From Narcine bancroftii (lineage: Eukaryota): a DNA stretch of 64,000 nt. Both the position numbers and the translations under genes were made by a program. Below the pieces are notes generated by a model. That model was not told the DNA's origin, did no database searches, and saw only the letters and a program-made list of their open reading frames with translations. Location of the stretch: positions 151,900,001 through 151,964,000 of the forward strand of contig NC_091469.1 of NCBI RefSeq assembly GCF_036971445.1, in the 5' to 3' direction. Numbering within the stretch: position 1 is the stretch's first letter; each line of letters opens with the position of its first letter. Below are positions 1-11,884 of this stretch, one piece after another.

Positions 1-335
1 AAAAGCTAAGATTTTTTCTTGAGATGCCGATGGACGTTCATCTGAATCACAAGAAAAAACAAACAGAGCAATTAACAGACAAGGTACCAAGATAATCTTA
101 AAAATTGTTGACAGAGTTTGAAAAATCTCTTCCCAGAATCTCTCCAAATTTGGGAATTCCCAGAACATGTGAGGCTTCAAAAATTTTCCATTTCTCACAA
201 AAAGGATTAGTCTGCATAGAAATGGGAATAATTTAAGTTTAGACATAGGAGTTCTGTGCACCACCTTAAATGCTGTATGTCTACATGATAATACCCCCAC
301 ACTGTCTGATCCAATCTAACAGATTTTTGTAAAGT

Positions 336-726
336 AGTGGCGGCATGCCACCGCAGCGATCAAACCGGCGCTCCAGGCGGTGAGCACACCTAACAGGCAG
401 CAGACTGTGCAGCGGCACTGGCCCCAGCAAGCAAACCGCCGGACAAACGGCAAGGGCAGCATAAGGGCCAGCGACCCCAAAATGATGCTGGCCACGCTGC
501 ACAGCCAACGGACAGGGACAGCATGTGGGGATGAAGGGATTGACATGCAAGAAGGTACCCGTGAGCGGGAAACCCACTTTTGTTATGCAGGTCGTTGTGT
601 CAGTAAAAAGGGGGAAACAACGGGAACGCAAATGGTATAAAAGTCAGGTCTGAGCCCCCAATAAAACACAGAGGTTAACCTATCTGCACTCGTGTGTGTC
701 CTCCTTTCGATTAGTGTGTGGCTACA
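336..726 (+). repeat. 5' LTR of the Gypsy element
   Basis: Colinear with 3659-4047; TATAAAA at ~636, AATAAA at 660, ends ...GCTACA just before the PBS. Confidence 0.9.
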
Positions 727-728
727 AA

Positions 729-742
729 TGGTGACCCCAACG
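729..742 (+). promoter_or_regulatory. Primer-binding site complementary to the tRNA-Trp 3' end
   Basis: TGGTGACCCCAACG versus canonical Trp PBS TGGTGACCCCGACG, 2 nt after the LTR end. Confidence 0.8.
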
Positions 743-1543
743 GTTTAGATGGCATCTAAGCCCAACGATGAGTGAGACGGTAGCAGACCACGCAGTCGCT
801 CTCAAGCTGCCGACCTTCTGGTCCAATCAGCCATGCATGTGGTTCCAGATCCGGCAGATCACAGCAGAGTCCACCCAGTACCACCACGTGGTGAGCGCCC
901 TGGACTAGGATACGGTGAGCAGGCGACCAACTTCATCCAGGAGCCCCCATCGGAAGGCACATACACTGCCTTCAAGGACTTGCTAATCAAGAGGGGGGCA
1001 TGCCTGCTCCACCTGGACAGACTGGGGGACAGGCCCCCGCTGGCTCTCATGAACGAGATGCTGACCCTCCTGGGCAAACACGAGCTCTGCATCATGTTCA
1101 AGCGGGCATTCCTGAAGCAAATGCCTGAAGATATCAAACTGCTCCTGGCAGGCGCTGACTTCAGCAAACCTCGGAAAGTCACAGCATGAGTGGATGCTCT
1201 GTGGAAACAGAAAAGAGAGTGCTTGGCATCCGTGGGGCTCGTCATTGAACCCCGCAGCCAGACCCGCTGAAGGTACAGCAGCCCCAGAGGGGAAGCGATA
1301 ACATCAATCAGTGGTGCTTCTACCACCAAAAATGAGGTTCCGGAGCCCACCGGTACAGGCCGCCAGGCACGTTCCAGGCCACCAGGCACGTTCCAGGGAA
1401 ATGCTAAGGCCAGCCATCGCTAATGGCCATGATGGCTAGCCAAGATAGCCTCCTGTACGTTTGGGATCGCCAGTCCGGACGGCATTTCCTCATGGACACA
1501 GGAGCAGAGGTCAGCATCCTGCCCTTGTCGTGACAGGACACGC

Positions 1544-1791
1544 GAGGCTTCAAAAATTTTCCATTTCTCACAAAAAGGAATAGTCTGCATAGAAATGGGA
1601 ATAATTTAAGTTTAGACATAGGAGTTCTGTGCACCACCTTAAATGCTGTATGTCTACATGATAATACCCCCACACTGTCTGATCCAATCTAACAGATTTT
1701 TGTAAAGTAGTGGCGGCATGCCACCGCAGCGATCAAACCGGCGCTCCAGGCGGTGAGCACACCTAACAGCCAGCAGACTGTGCAGTGGCAC
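1544..1791 (+). repeat. Near-identical direct copy of 171-418 (host flank plus LTR start) inside pol
   Basis: 248-bp colinear match at offset 1373; only 3 mismatches seen by eye. Confidence 0.95.
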
Positions 1792-1859
1792 AGATCAAAG
1801 GAAGTTGGTGGCCGCTGGCCTTTTTTCAGCAAACATCTGTAGCCTCCGGAACTAAAGTA

Positions 1860-2217
1860 TAGGTACACAATCCTTTATCTGGAACCCTTGGGGGACAGTG
1901 TGTTCCGAATTTCTGATTTTTCTAGATTTCGGAAAGCCCACCCAAATTGTGCTGCCGTATCCACCCCTATCCAAATGCCCAGCTGTCTCCCCCAACCGCC
2001 GAGGTCCCTCGGCCGCCTCCCCCAACCGCCGGTCCTTCGGCGCCTCCCCCAACCGCCGGTCCCTCGGCGCCTCCCCCAACCGCCGGTCCCTCGGCCGCCT
2101 CCCCCAACCGCTGGTCCCTCGGCCGCCTCCCCCAACCGCCGGTCCCTCGGCCGCCTCCCCCAACCGCCGGTCCCCATGCTGGATTTTGTAGCTTTCTGGA
2201 CTTTAGATGTCCGGATA
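1860..2217 (+). mobile_element. Tigger/pogo-like (Zombi/MER46-like) MITE, right TIR truncated, with internal ~28-bp GC-rich tandem repeat (~1987-2175, ~7 copies)
   Basis: Left TIR (T)AGGTACACAATCCTTTATCTGGA after TA; same family as 63339-63655; inserted in RNase H between KY and AFDR; unit CTCCCCCAACCGCCGGTCCCTCGGCCGC. Confidence 0.88.
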
Positions 2218-3658
2218 GCTTTTGACAGAGCTATCCACCACTTTAGATACTTCCTTTAGGGCAGGTCTTTTATGGCCTTCACAGACCACAAGCCCCTGAC
2301 CTTCGCCTTGGCCAAGATCTTGAACCCCTGGTCAGCCCACCAGCCACGTCACCAGTCTTTTATCTTGGAGTACACCACAGATGTAAGGCACATCTCCGGC
2401 AAGGACAACGTGGTGGCCGACGCACAGTCCAGGCAAAGTATCCACACGCTATCAAGGGGAGTGGATTTTGTTGCGCTGGCAGAGGCGCAGCAAGACAACA
2501 AGGAGATGCCCCAGTACAAGACAGCCATATTGGGACTACAGCTCCAGGACATCCCAGTCAGCAGAGGTAACTCCACCCTCCTGTGCGACTGGCCAGGTCA
2601 GATCTATTGTCCCGGCAGCTTTTGGCAGGTTTTCGATTCCATCCATGGGCTGTGGCATGATTTCCAAAAACAGGTCAGCGGGTGGGCAAAGGTGTGCATG
2701 CAGTTCCAAACAGCTGAGGTACAGCAGCATACCAAGACCCAACCTCAGTACTTCGAGCTCGCAGTGAAGGTTCGACAACTTGGAGGTAGTAGGACTCCTA
2801 CCAGTATTCCAGCGTTTCCATTACCTGTTCACGATAGTTGACTGCTTCACCAGGTGGCCAGAAGCAGTCTCGCCGGCAGATACATCCACAACCTCGTGCG
2901 CCAGGGCTCTCAGCTCCTCCTGGGTGGCACAGTTCGGGTTACCATCTCACATCACATTGGGCAGAGGGGCCCAGTTTACCTCCAGCCTGTGGTCCAACCT
3001 CGCCAGCCTGTGAGGCGCCTAGCTGCACCACACAACAGCTGACCATCCACAGTCAAATGGGCTGGTGAAGCGCTTCCACAGGCACCTCAAGACTGCACTC
3101 ATGACCAGACTCCAAGGACCTAACTGGGTGGATGAGCTATCATGGGCTCTGTTGGGTATCCGCATGGCACCCAAAGAGGACCTCAACACCTCTTCAGCCA
3201 AGCTTGTCTACGGAGCTCCGCTGGTGGTCCCGGGGGCATTCATACCGTCTCCAGGCAGGCAGCAGGACGATGCGGCAGCTCTCCTCCACAAGCTGAGGGA
3301 AAGAGTCGGCAACCTGGTCCTGACTCCTTCCAAGCACAGACACACAAGGGTCAACATACCCAAGGACCTACAGGACTGCGAGTATGTTTTTATTCGCAGG
3401 GGTCCACATCGTCCTCCGCTGCAGAGACCTTACAAAGGCCCGTTCCAGGATGTACATAACAATGGAGCCACATTTGAGCTGGAGGTCGGAGGCAAGACAG
3501 AGGTTTTCACCAAGGTCAGACTGAAGCCGGCATACCTGGACCTGGCACACACAGTTGAGATGCCAGCACCACCCAAAAGAAGCAAGCCACCAAAGCCTAC
3601 AGAATCTCTGCCTCCGGGCTCCAAGGACAATACTGCTGGTTCGGGGGGGTGGGATGTA

Positions 3659-4047
3659 TGTGGTAGCCCACTGCTGCAGCGATCAAACAGGCACTCTGGG
3701 CGGCGAGCGCACCTAAAAGTGAGCAGACCACGCAGCGACACTGGGCCTCGTAAGCAAACTGGCAGATGAATGGCAAGGGCAGCTTAAGGTCCAGCGACCC
3801 CAAGGTAGCACTGGCCCCGATGCACAGCCAAGAGACAGGGATAACCTGCGGGAAAGAAGGGACGGACATGCAAGAGGGTACCTGCGCGCATGAAACCCGC
3901 TTTTGTTATGCAGGTCGTTGTATCAGTAAAAAGGGGGAATCTGCGGGAAAGCAAGAGGAATGAAAGTCGGGTCTGAGCCCCCAATAAAACACAGAGCTTA
4001 ACCTAACTGTACTCGTGTGTCTTTCTTTCAAGTAGCGCGCAGCTATA
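3659..4047 (+). repeat. 3' LTR of the Gypsy element
   Basis: Starts TGTGG after the polypurine tract; shares blocks such as CTTTTGTTATGCAGGTCGTTGT and CTGAGCCCCCAATAAAACACAGAG with the 5' LTR. Confidence 0.9.
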
Positions 4048-4154
4048 ATGTTTCATTTCTCCTGTTCTTGTTCAGCTACCCCTGAAATTGATTTAAAATA
4101 GTATTGATTCTTTGCATTTACTCATTATACCTTATGTCTATGAGCCACAGAGTA

Positions 4155-4600
4155 CAAAGCAAAGACAGGCAGGTACCTTTTGTGACCCTCAGTACCCCAA
4201 AGTACTTTTGTACCAGTTAAGCACTTAAAGTCTAATCCTAGCTGCAAAATAGAAAATGAGTCACAGTTGGAGGTTATAACTACTTACAGGCCATTCAGCA
4301 GAGAATCTGTTCCAGCTCTCGAGAGCGCAAATCAATCAGTTGTGCACAGTAAGTTCCCCAAAAAAACCATGCAATAACAACCAGTTCATCTGTTTTTGGT
4401 TGAAGATGAAGTAATAATGGCTTTGATTCTGGATGCACTCCTCTGCTCTCTAAAAAGCCAAGAGTCCTTCCACATCAATGCAAGAGTACTTTAATGGTGT
4501 ATCTAAAGGACATTCCAGTTAACCCCAAATTACTCATTCAGGGCTGCAGTGTTATTTTCACATCCAAATCTCCAGTGAGATTTGATGCAAATGAATCCTT
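4155..4600 (-). mobile_element. Old Deu-domain SINE (SacSINE1-like), degraded
   Basis: Reverse-complement similarity to the copies at 8702-9075, 12488-12975 and 56359-56670, and to the recalled shark DeuSINE consensus. Confidence 0.55.
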
Positions 4601-6000
4601 GTTATTTAAAGATAATCAAAGCATTGGTGAGAAGACGAGGGAGTTGTGGAGGAGTTAACCACATTTATCAGCACTTGGTCTATACCCTTTTATATCTTAA
4701 TGATTTAAGTGCTTGTCCGTATGCTATTTAATTTTTAATTTAGACATACAACAGGGTAATAGGCCCTTCCAGCCCACGCTACCCAAATTAACCTACAACC
4801 TACCTAAGTTTAGCTTGCTGAACCCTTTGGGGAGCACTTGGAAATAGCGGATTCCCAATCGTCTATTACAGTTTAAAAGACCTGGTATATACAGGGTTGG
4901 TATCAGGGGGGGGAGGGAAGGAGCATTCAGGGCCATGGTCCCCCAAATAAGTTACTGTGCCTCCACCCCCCACCCCACTGACCTGCAGCACTAGTGTCTG
5001 GAGTTCTGGAATATACTACTGCTTGAAAAGATACCAGTCTGAGACCAAGGGCCCTCCCCCCAGCCACGATCCCCAGTCACTGCCTGCTGCTCTGTCCCAA
5101 GTTCAACAACTGACCATTTCTCCCCATGGATGCTGTCTGACCTGCAGACTTCCTTCATCAATTCTTTGTCTGTCCAAGATTCCAGCATCGGCAAGCTTTT
5201 GTGGTTCTCAATAACTTATTTGTTGTCCTTTCAGTTCCACGGCAGGTCAAGACAGCATCCACTCAACTCCTCATCAACCCAAACCCACAGTCACGGGTCT
5301 CTTTTGGCCCCTTTCCTCACCTGCCATTTGCTTTTTTATTTTCCAAATCAAGCGTCCAGTTCCTCAGGGAGTCCTCTCTCCCTACCTGTGTGCAGCTGGA
5401 CCCTGGAGCAGGACAACCTACCTGTACTAGTGGTCACTCCAGCATGAGCACCCCCACTGTGCTCCTGTACTAAGGTGGCAAACCATCGCACTGTCACTTG
5501 TTTTAACAAGAAGCGAGGCACCAGGTCCAAGTTGTGGCGATCGCGCGAGTCACACCAATGAATGGATTTCCCCTCTACCTACTCTTTCCGCTGCTCCCTC
5601 ATCTTGCAGAAGCAGGTTAGTTCCAGCGGCACAGTTTTCATTGTCAGTCACTGAGAAGTGGAGCACACCACACAAGTAGGGGAAAAATTGTATTAACGAT
5701 TGTTTGTAAGTGTTTAACGTACCTGTGTAGTCAGAGCAATCAAGAATTTTAGTGCATCTGGACATTGCACTTGTGATAATAAATTCTTATCTAATCCCAT
5801 TAAACTTTGAGAAAACTCCATGGGGAGAAAGCTTCAGCCTCTCAATTTTGTATATACAGTATTTATTAGGATATCCCTCAACTCAATCTTCAGCTGAGAT
5901 CCAGATGGATGCTTTGGCAAATCTGCCGACGATTCAGCTGTTCCCAAAGCAGAAACTGCCGAGCAGCATTTTGCTCAGTGGTGCAGCAACTGTGGGTTAC

Positions 6001-6075
6001 CTGGATTGGACTGCTGAACTCCAAACCCAGCAGAGAACTGCCATTACTGATTTCCCAGCTCTCCAGCGAGTACTC
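6001..6075 (-). CDS. Candidate alternative 75-nt in-frame HTT cassette exon (EYSLESWEISNGSSLLGLEFSSPIQ)
   Basis: Acceptor ggttctttctgtag|, donor CAG|gtaacc, exactly 25 codons, no stop, phase 0-0 matching the exon 60/61 junction. No homology support. Confidence 0.3.
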
Positions 6076-6277
6076 CTACAGAAAGAACCAGCCTTGGGGG
6101 CAAATAGAAGTGGACCATTATCATGACTGGGGGGGGGGGAGGGAAAATCAGCTGTTGAGAGAAAATTGAAGCTTTCAGTTTTGACAGACATCCTGGAACA
6201 AGGCAGCAATGGAATTCCTGCAGACTTCAACATATTTCTGGTTTACTATTACAGAGTTCTTTATTCCTTTGGCTTAC

Positions 6278-6433
6278 CATGCCCAAAACGGCTGCTGCTT
6301 TGCAGGTGGCGGGTACCAGATACTGATTTAGAATCTCATCTTCTGCCGGATGGATTTTCTGAAGTTCTGTCAACGTGTTGTACATCATCTCAAACTGCGT
6401 TCTCTCGGTGAACAAATCGGAGACCGCCAAAAG
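6278..6433 (-). CDS. HTT: Huntingtin coding exon ~60 (156 nt)
   Basis: [52 protein letters not shown]; acceptor ccatcgcag|, donor |gtaagc. The next canonical exon (DKAVAEP...) is not found in 1-6277, so it is presumably left of the window. Confidence 0.98.
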
Positions 6434-6617
6434 CTGCGATGGAAACGCACATTTCAGGGGGACTGGAAGAAATCTTCCTAAGGGGAGGGAATTACCTCTC
6501 ATCTATTTATTTAAGTCAATGCAGTTCACTGTAAGTTAAGATCAACGTGTCTCAAGGTGCTCATGAAACATACAATGGAAAGGGAAAGAGAAATATAGAC
6601 AAAATATGACAGGAAAA

Positions 6618-7088
6618 GTCTTTAGGATGATTTTGGGAATGAAAGGTTTATAATATGAGGGACTTTTGATAGCCTGTTCTCATTGGAATTTTGGAGAATA
6701 GAGGTGGGGGGGGAATCTCATTGAAACATTTTGAATGTTGAAAGGCATGGACAGTGTAGATGAAGAAAGGTTGCTTCCCATGGTGGGAGAGTCTGGGACA
6801 AGAGGGCACAACTTCAGGATTGAAGGGTGTCCATTAGAACAGAGATGTTGAGGTATTTCTTTAGCCAGAGGGTGGTGAATCTGTGGAATTTGTTGCAACA
6901 GACAGCTGTGGAGATCAAGTCATTGGGTGTACTTAAGGCAGAAATTGAGAGGTTCTTGATTAGGCAGGCATCATAAGTTATGGGGAGAAGGCCGGGCAGT
7001 GGGAAAATGGATCAAGTCATGATTAAATAGTGGGATAGACTCTTTGGTCTGAATAGCCTATACCTGCTCCTCTATCTTATGGTCTTAC
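6618..7088 (+). mobile_element. CR1/HER1 LINE 3' fragment
   Basis: GGGGAATCTCATTGAAAC...AGAGGGTGGTGAATCTGTGGAATT...CCTGCTCCTCTATCTTATGGTCTTA tail, homologous to 31100-31555. Confidence 0.88.
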
Positions 7089-8701
7089 AGATTACCTTTC
7101 AACCAGGAAAACATCCCGAGATGCAGCACAGGATGGTTACCATGTAAAATCTGAATCAGAGGTTTAAAGGGGTTTTTGAACTGATGCCCAAAGTTTGATG
7201 AATGTAGTCTTTAAAAATGTCTTGGAGGAGGAGAGACGCAAATGTTAAGACAGGATGTTTGGAACTCAGTCTGAGCAGCAGCTGATGAAGTGATTTCAAT
7301 CAGTGAACAGCCAGAATAAGAAGGATTTTGAGAGCTTGAACGACTGCAAATAAGGGGTTGATAAACAATGGGAATGTGCAGGTCATGGAGTGACAGAAAA
7401 CATGAAGCCAGTTCACACAGGTAATGTCAGGATCCATCACTGCATGCTTCAGGAACCGCTCCACCCAAGACTGCAAGAAACTGCAAACTTGTGAACGCAG
7501 CTCAGACCACCACCACCAACCACCCACCCCCCCCCCCACCCCCCCATCTACAATCTAACTTCCTGCTGCCTCAGAAAAGCTGCCAACATAAAGGACCCAT
7601 CTCACCCCGACCACACACTCTTCTCCCTCCTTCTGTCAAGATGTCTCTTGTGTGTGAAATCACAGATTTCCATACTCTGGGACAGTTTCTTTCCTGCTAT
7701 CAGAATCCTGAAGAAACCTCACACTATTTCACTGATTTTGCCGTTGCTACATTCAAACTGATCTCACTATAAAACTCGGAGCATTTTCTTTGCTCGACAT
7801 GTAGGGGTTCCCACAGAAGGTGGTGGGGGCCAAGTTACTGAACACACTCAAGAAGTAACTACATTTCTAGGCTTAAAAGGCATCAAGGATTGGTACAGTG
7901 ACACAGCACAAGCACTGCTACAGTGCAGCAGCAGGTTCTAGCTGAGCCTCCAATTTTGCCTGTGTGGAGTCTGAACGTTTTCCCTCTTGGACCACATGGG
8001 TTTCCTTTGATGCTCTGGTTCCCTCCCACATCCCAAAGATGTGTTAGAAATTTTAGCTACTGTAAATCATCCCTAATATAAATAGGAGTTAGGAAAATTT
8101 GGAAGGAACAACTTCACGAGTATGTGAGAGAATGGGTTACAAGGAAATAAGTGAGGGACTGTGATGAACAGGAATGGTCTAAGAGCCAGCATCGATTCAA
8201 TGGGCAGAGTGGCCTCTATGTCACAAGGATATATGAGAATAATGATAACGAGGAGGGAAGAGAATATGGTAATGAGATAAATCAGCCATTATTATGTTGA
8301 AGGGCTAAATGAACTACCTTCTACCCACTTGCTTTGTTAACTAAATACATTAAGGAACATGGGAGAACAGAAAGAATGTGGAGCTGGATCTTATAGAGGT
8401 CTACAAGATTATGAGAGATAATACACAGCAAACACCAGAGGACATCTGTATAAAGTGAGGGGAGACATCAGGGGTAATTTCCACCCCCACCACAGAGTAC
8501 TGGGCGCCTGGAATGCATTGCCAGGTGCGATAGTGGAGTCTGGTATAAGAGAGAATAGTTAAAAGACTCTTTGGCACATGGATGATAGAAAAATAGAGGG
8601 GAATGAGGTATGGGGGGTTTATTTTTTTTTTGAATAGGTTTATAGAGGTCGGAACCACATCGTGGGTTGAAGGGCCTGTACTGTGCTGGATGTTCTATAC
8701 A

Positions 8702-9075
8702 TGTGGTTCAGTGGGTAACTGCACAGCTTTCAGCCCAAAGCTGTCAAATGTGGCTTCCGAGGCAGCAATATCTGATCCAGAAGGTGGATGGTTCAAAGTC
8801 AATCTCAACATTTCAGCACAAACCAACAGGCCAAGGGAGTTCTGCAATGTTGGAGCCTGCAGTCTCATAGATGCACGTTAAATTGGATTCTCATCCACCT
8901 TCTCAGACAAGGGAAAAGATGTCCTGGATTTTTTTAAACCATCTCCTGGATTACAACCCTCTAAAAGTACTACTGAAAAATAAAACTAATTGGTCAACAG
9001 CACATGGTTGCTTCCTGTGCTTTGAGTCGCTGCCAGGTTTTCTGCATAATGTGCCTTCACTAATAAAATTACGAT
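8702..9075 (+). mobile_element. Old Deu-domain tRNA-SINE
   Basis: A-box-like GTGGTTCAGTGGGT, AGAAGGTGGATGGTTCAAAG and Deu-domain-like AGGGAGTTCTGCAATGTTGGAG...GTTAAA. Confidence 0.55.
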
Positions 9076-10082
9076 GGTAAACCATCTGGGGGTGGTGACA
9101 GCACAGAGTGGGACTGAGCTGCACCCTTTCATGTGAAGGGGCAGGGGGCCAAGCTGTGCATCAATGACCACCAAACGGAGTCGCTCAAACTGTTTCAGAG
9201 AGCAGTTAAAAGAAAAAACTTGTGGGTCTCGACTTGTGCCACGCTTAATCTGAGTGAAAACAGCGGATTTCTTTCCCTGAAGGATGTGAATGAACCTGCT
9301 GGGCTTTTGTGAGAACACACTTTGCTTTCATGGTCATAATTACTGAGAAGTTTTTTTATTTATTTCAAATGTTTTTGACTTATTCAAAAGTTAAATTCCC
9401 CAGCTGCTGCTGGGAACTAAGGATCAGAATGCTCCCTCAGTAATTTAGCCAATATACCAGCAAACCCAATAATATAGCTTAGCAGGTAGAGTCAGACAGC
9501 ACATAAATAAGCCTTTTGACCCACCAAGTCCATGTTGACCATCACGTATTTTTCTTTATTAATCCCTTTTACAAGCATTTGGTCTGCAGCCTTCTATCCC
9601 TTGACAACTTAAGATACTTCTTGGATAAAGCAACAGACAATAGAGAACGCAGCCACACAATCTTCCCTCCCCACACCCATCTACATCTCCCGCTGCCTTG
9701 GAAAGGCAGCCAATGTACTAAAGGACTCACCAAACACGCTCTCTTCTCCCACCTCACGTCGGAGAAGGCACAAGAGTGTTGAAAGCACACAGCAACAGGC
9801 TTAAAACCAGTTACCTCCCTGCACCCATAAGGCTCCAGGATGAACTGACAATGGTACGAACATGCTGACCCTTGCTGGGTGCTAACTGACCTCCCTTTTC
9901 ATTGTGACCCTATGCTCAGCAAATTGCACTCTCTACACAGTGATATGAATATTAGAGCTAACCTATTAGACTGCTCACAGAAGAATCCTTCTCAATGCAC
10001 TAGGTCTAATGGGGCAAACAGAAAAAAAGCAAAGATATTGTGACAGTTCCTGTCTCCAGTATCCACTCGACAGGCTGATTGT

Positions 10083-10483
10083 GACTTGAGGCGAGGAACC
10101 CACCCACGCAGGCTGCAGGCGACTGTGGTCAAGGGACTTGGACCAGGTTGCAGACTGCTGGAGACTAGCCGAAGGAGTTTGAGGTATCGGAACAGAGATG
10201 CGAGAGGGTGCTGAGGGCTTCCTGATCGTGTCGGAGGTTTGGATCTAGAGCTTGGGTTGTCAAAGATTTGGACTGGATGCTGAGTGGTGGTGGAACCACT
10301 GGAGGCACATCCATGACACTCAGTGACTCTGGGTGGGATTCACTTTTGCTTCTCTTTCTCAGACTGTAATGAATGCTGGGCAATTTCTGCTGATGGGCAA
10401 ATCTTTGTTAGCCTTGGTAAACTAAAGGAAATTTCAGGTAATATTATATTTTGTTTTATTACACGACAATAAAAGAATCTTGA
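10083..10483 (+). mobile_element. Non-coding retroelement family, copy A (5'-truncated)
   Basis: Shares TCGGAGGTTTGGATCT.GAGCT, GACACTCAGTGACTCT and the GACAATAAA tail with copies B-E. Confidence 0.75.
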
Positions 10484-10668
10484 AGTTTCAAATTCCAATT
10501 ACTGGGTGGGAAAGTTCTTCCTCAGATCCCCTATATACAAAATTCTTACCGTAAAATATTACAGGATAAGACAGAGCACCACAATTGGCTTTAATTATTT
10601 TGTGGAATGGGTGGGTGAAGAAGGCTGTGACACATCAGTTTATTATCCTATGGAGGTCTGATACTCAC

Positions 10669-10798
10669 CGATCTTACCACCTCACTGACCAGAACAACAG
10701 GGGTTTTCTTGCCAGAGTTTACAGGAAGGATCCACTGACTGTAGAGTTCCAGCAGAAATTGAGAACAAGAATGAATATCAACCCCAGCTCGGTGCTTC
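10669..10798 (-). CDS. HTT: Huntingtin coding exon ~59 (130 nt)
   Basis: [43 protein letters not shown]; acceptor ttatttccag|, donor |gtgagt. Confidence 0.98.
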
Positions 10799-11884
10799 CT
10801 GGAAATAAACCACAGCAGGCAACACGCCATAAACAAAATCTCTGCAGAACGAAAGACAGAAGGTGACCTGCTTGCTTATTGGCATAACATTTGACGGTCC
10901 TTGTAATTCATTAACAGCACCCCTGCTTTACTTTGCAGTTCCCGTGGTGATGAGGTTGAGACACTCTTAAGGCATTCTTCGCATTACCAGTGGGAAGGGC
11001 TGCTTGTGGAGGTGAACAATCAACAGTGGAGAAAATTCTCAACAATTTGCTGGCTGCAGTTCAATTCGCACCATTCCTTTCAGCCATCACCTGTTCACAA
11101 CCAGTCCAATTTTAAAATTCACATCCAAAGATACTTCGAATCATCGATAACCTCCACATTTCTCTGGCAATGTTTTAGTCAAGTTTGGAAAACCTACCCA
11201 AGAAGGTTGACTTTCAGCTACTCAAGACAAACTTTATTGGATAGTGTTCTTTCGTATAATTTAAAACTTTGGAAGTATTTTACAAATGCAAGTTAAAATT
11301 AGAAAGTGCTAATAAAATTAAGCAGCTCAGACAACATCCCCAGATTGAGAGACCAGTTTTTTTTTTAATTGCAAATTTAACTTGCTATTTTAGTATTCAG
11401 GAAAAATGGTCTCAAAGGATTTGTGTTCAAACCAGCTATGTGATCTCATGGTAACATATCTGCTGACAAGCATGACATTTAAATATAGGGAGACATCATA
11501 TTTTCATGGCATGAATTTTAAATCTTATCCACCAAGTTGTGTGGCATTCGACCATTCAAGCCAGAAAACGTCAGATATTTGCGGAACATCTGATCTTAGC
11601 GGCCCACTGAGATTGGGGCATCATGTTCTCCGAGTTCAGCAAGAACTTAACGTGAAGCGCTCATCCAAATGACAAAATTCGACCAAAGTTAAATTTCTTG
11701 ACTCCATTCAGCAGACTTCAGAAGAATTCCAACAGGTCAATGATCTGGGTGGGGGGGAGTGGGGAGAGTAAAATCGAGAGCCAAGGGTCACAAGATACAC
11801 AGTGAAACTGACTACCGGGATGAGGAAAATTGTCTTCACTCAGAGGGTTTTGAACTGTGGAGTTCTCTTGAAGACAGACAATGG

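Larger units (their letters stand above)
336..4047 (+). mobile_element. Degenerate Ty3/Gypsy LTR retrotransposon, CsRn1-like; RT domain missing
   Basis: ~390-bp LTRs (336-726, 3659-4047), PBS TGGTGACCCC at 729 and PPT GGGGGGGTGGGA at ~3643-3654. gag start MSETVADHAVALKLPTFW at 768, CHCC-like WCFYHQK.GSGAHR.RPP at ~1312, protease FLMDTGAEVSIL at ~1486, RNase H (WPLAFFSK, FTDHKPL, NVVADA) and integrase (LTIVD.FTRWPEA, NGLV.RFHR.LK, GPY/F motif PYKGPF). Many stops, frameshifts and deletions. Imperfect 4-bp TSD AAGT/ATGT. Confidence 0.92.

Noticed and set aside
1852-2259. Pro/Gly/Arg-rich ORFs in several frames (also 63265-63671)
   Set aside because: Translations of the GC-rich repeats inside MITEs.
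5550-5765. ORF with QSLIQ..LCGV resembling the later HTT segment SIIQMCGV
   Set aside because: Similarity does not extend, intervening exons 61-62 are absent, and the candidate splice sites give immediate stops.
1-6000. HTT exon 61 (DKAVAEPVSRLLE...)
   Set aside because: No matching peptide found on the minus strand; assumed to lie left of the window rather than lost.
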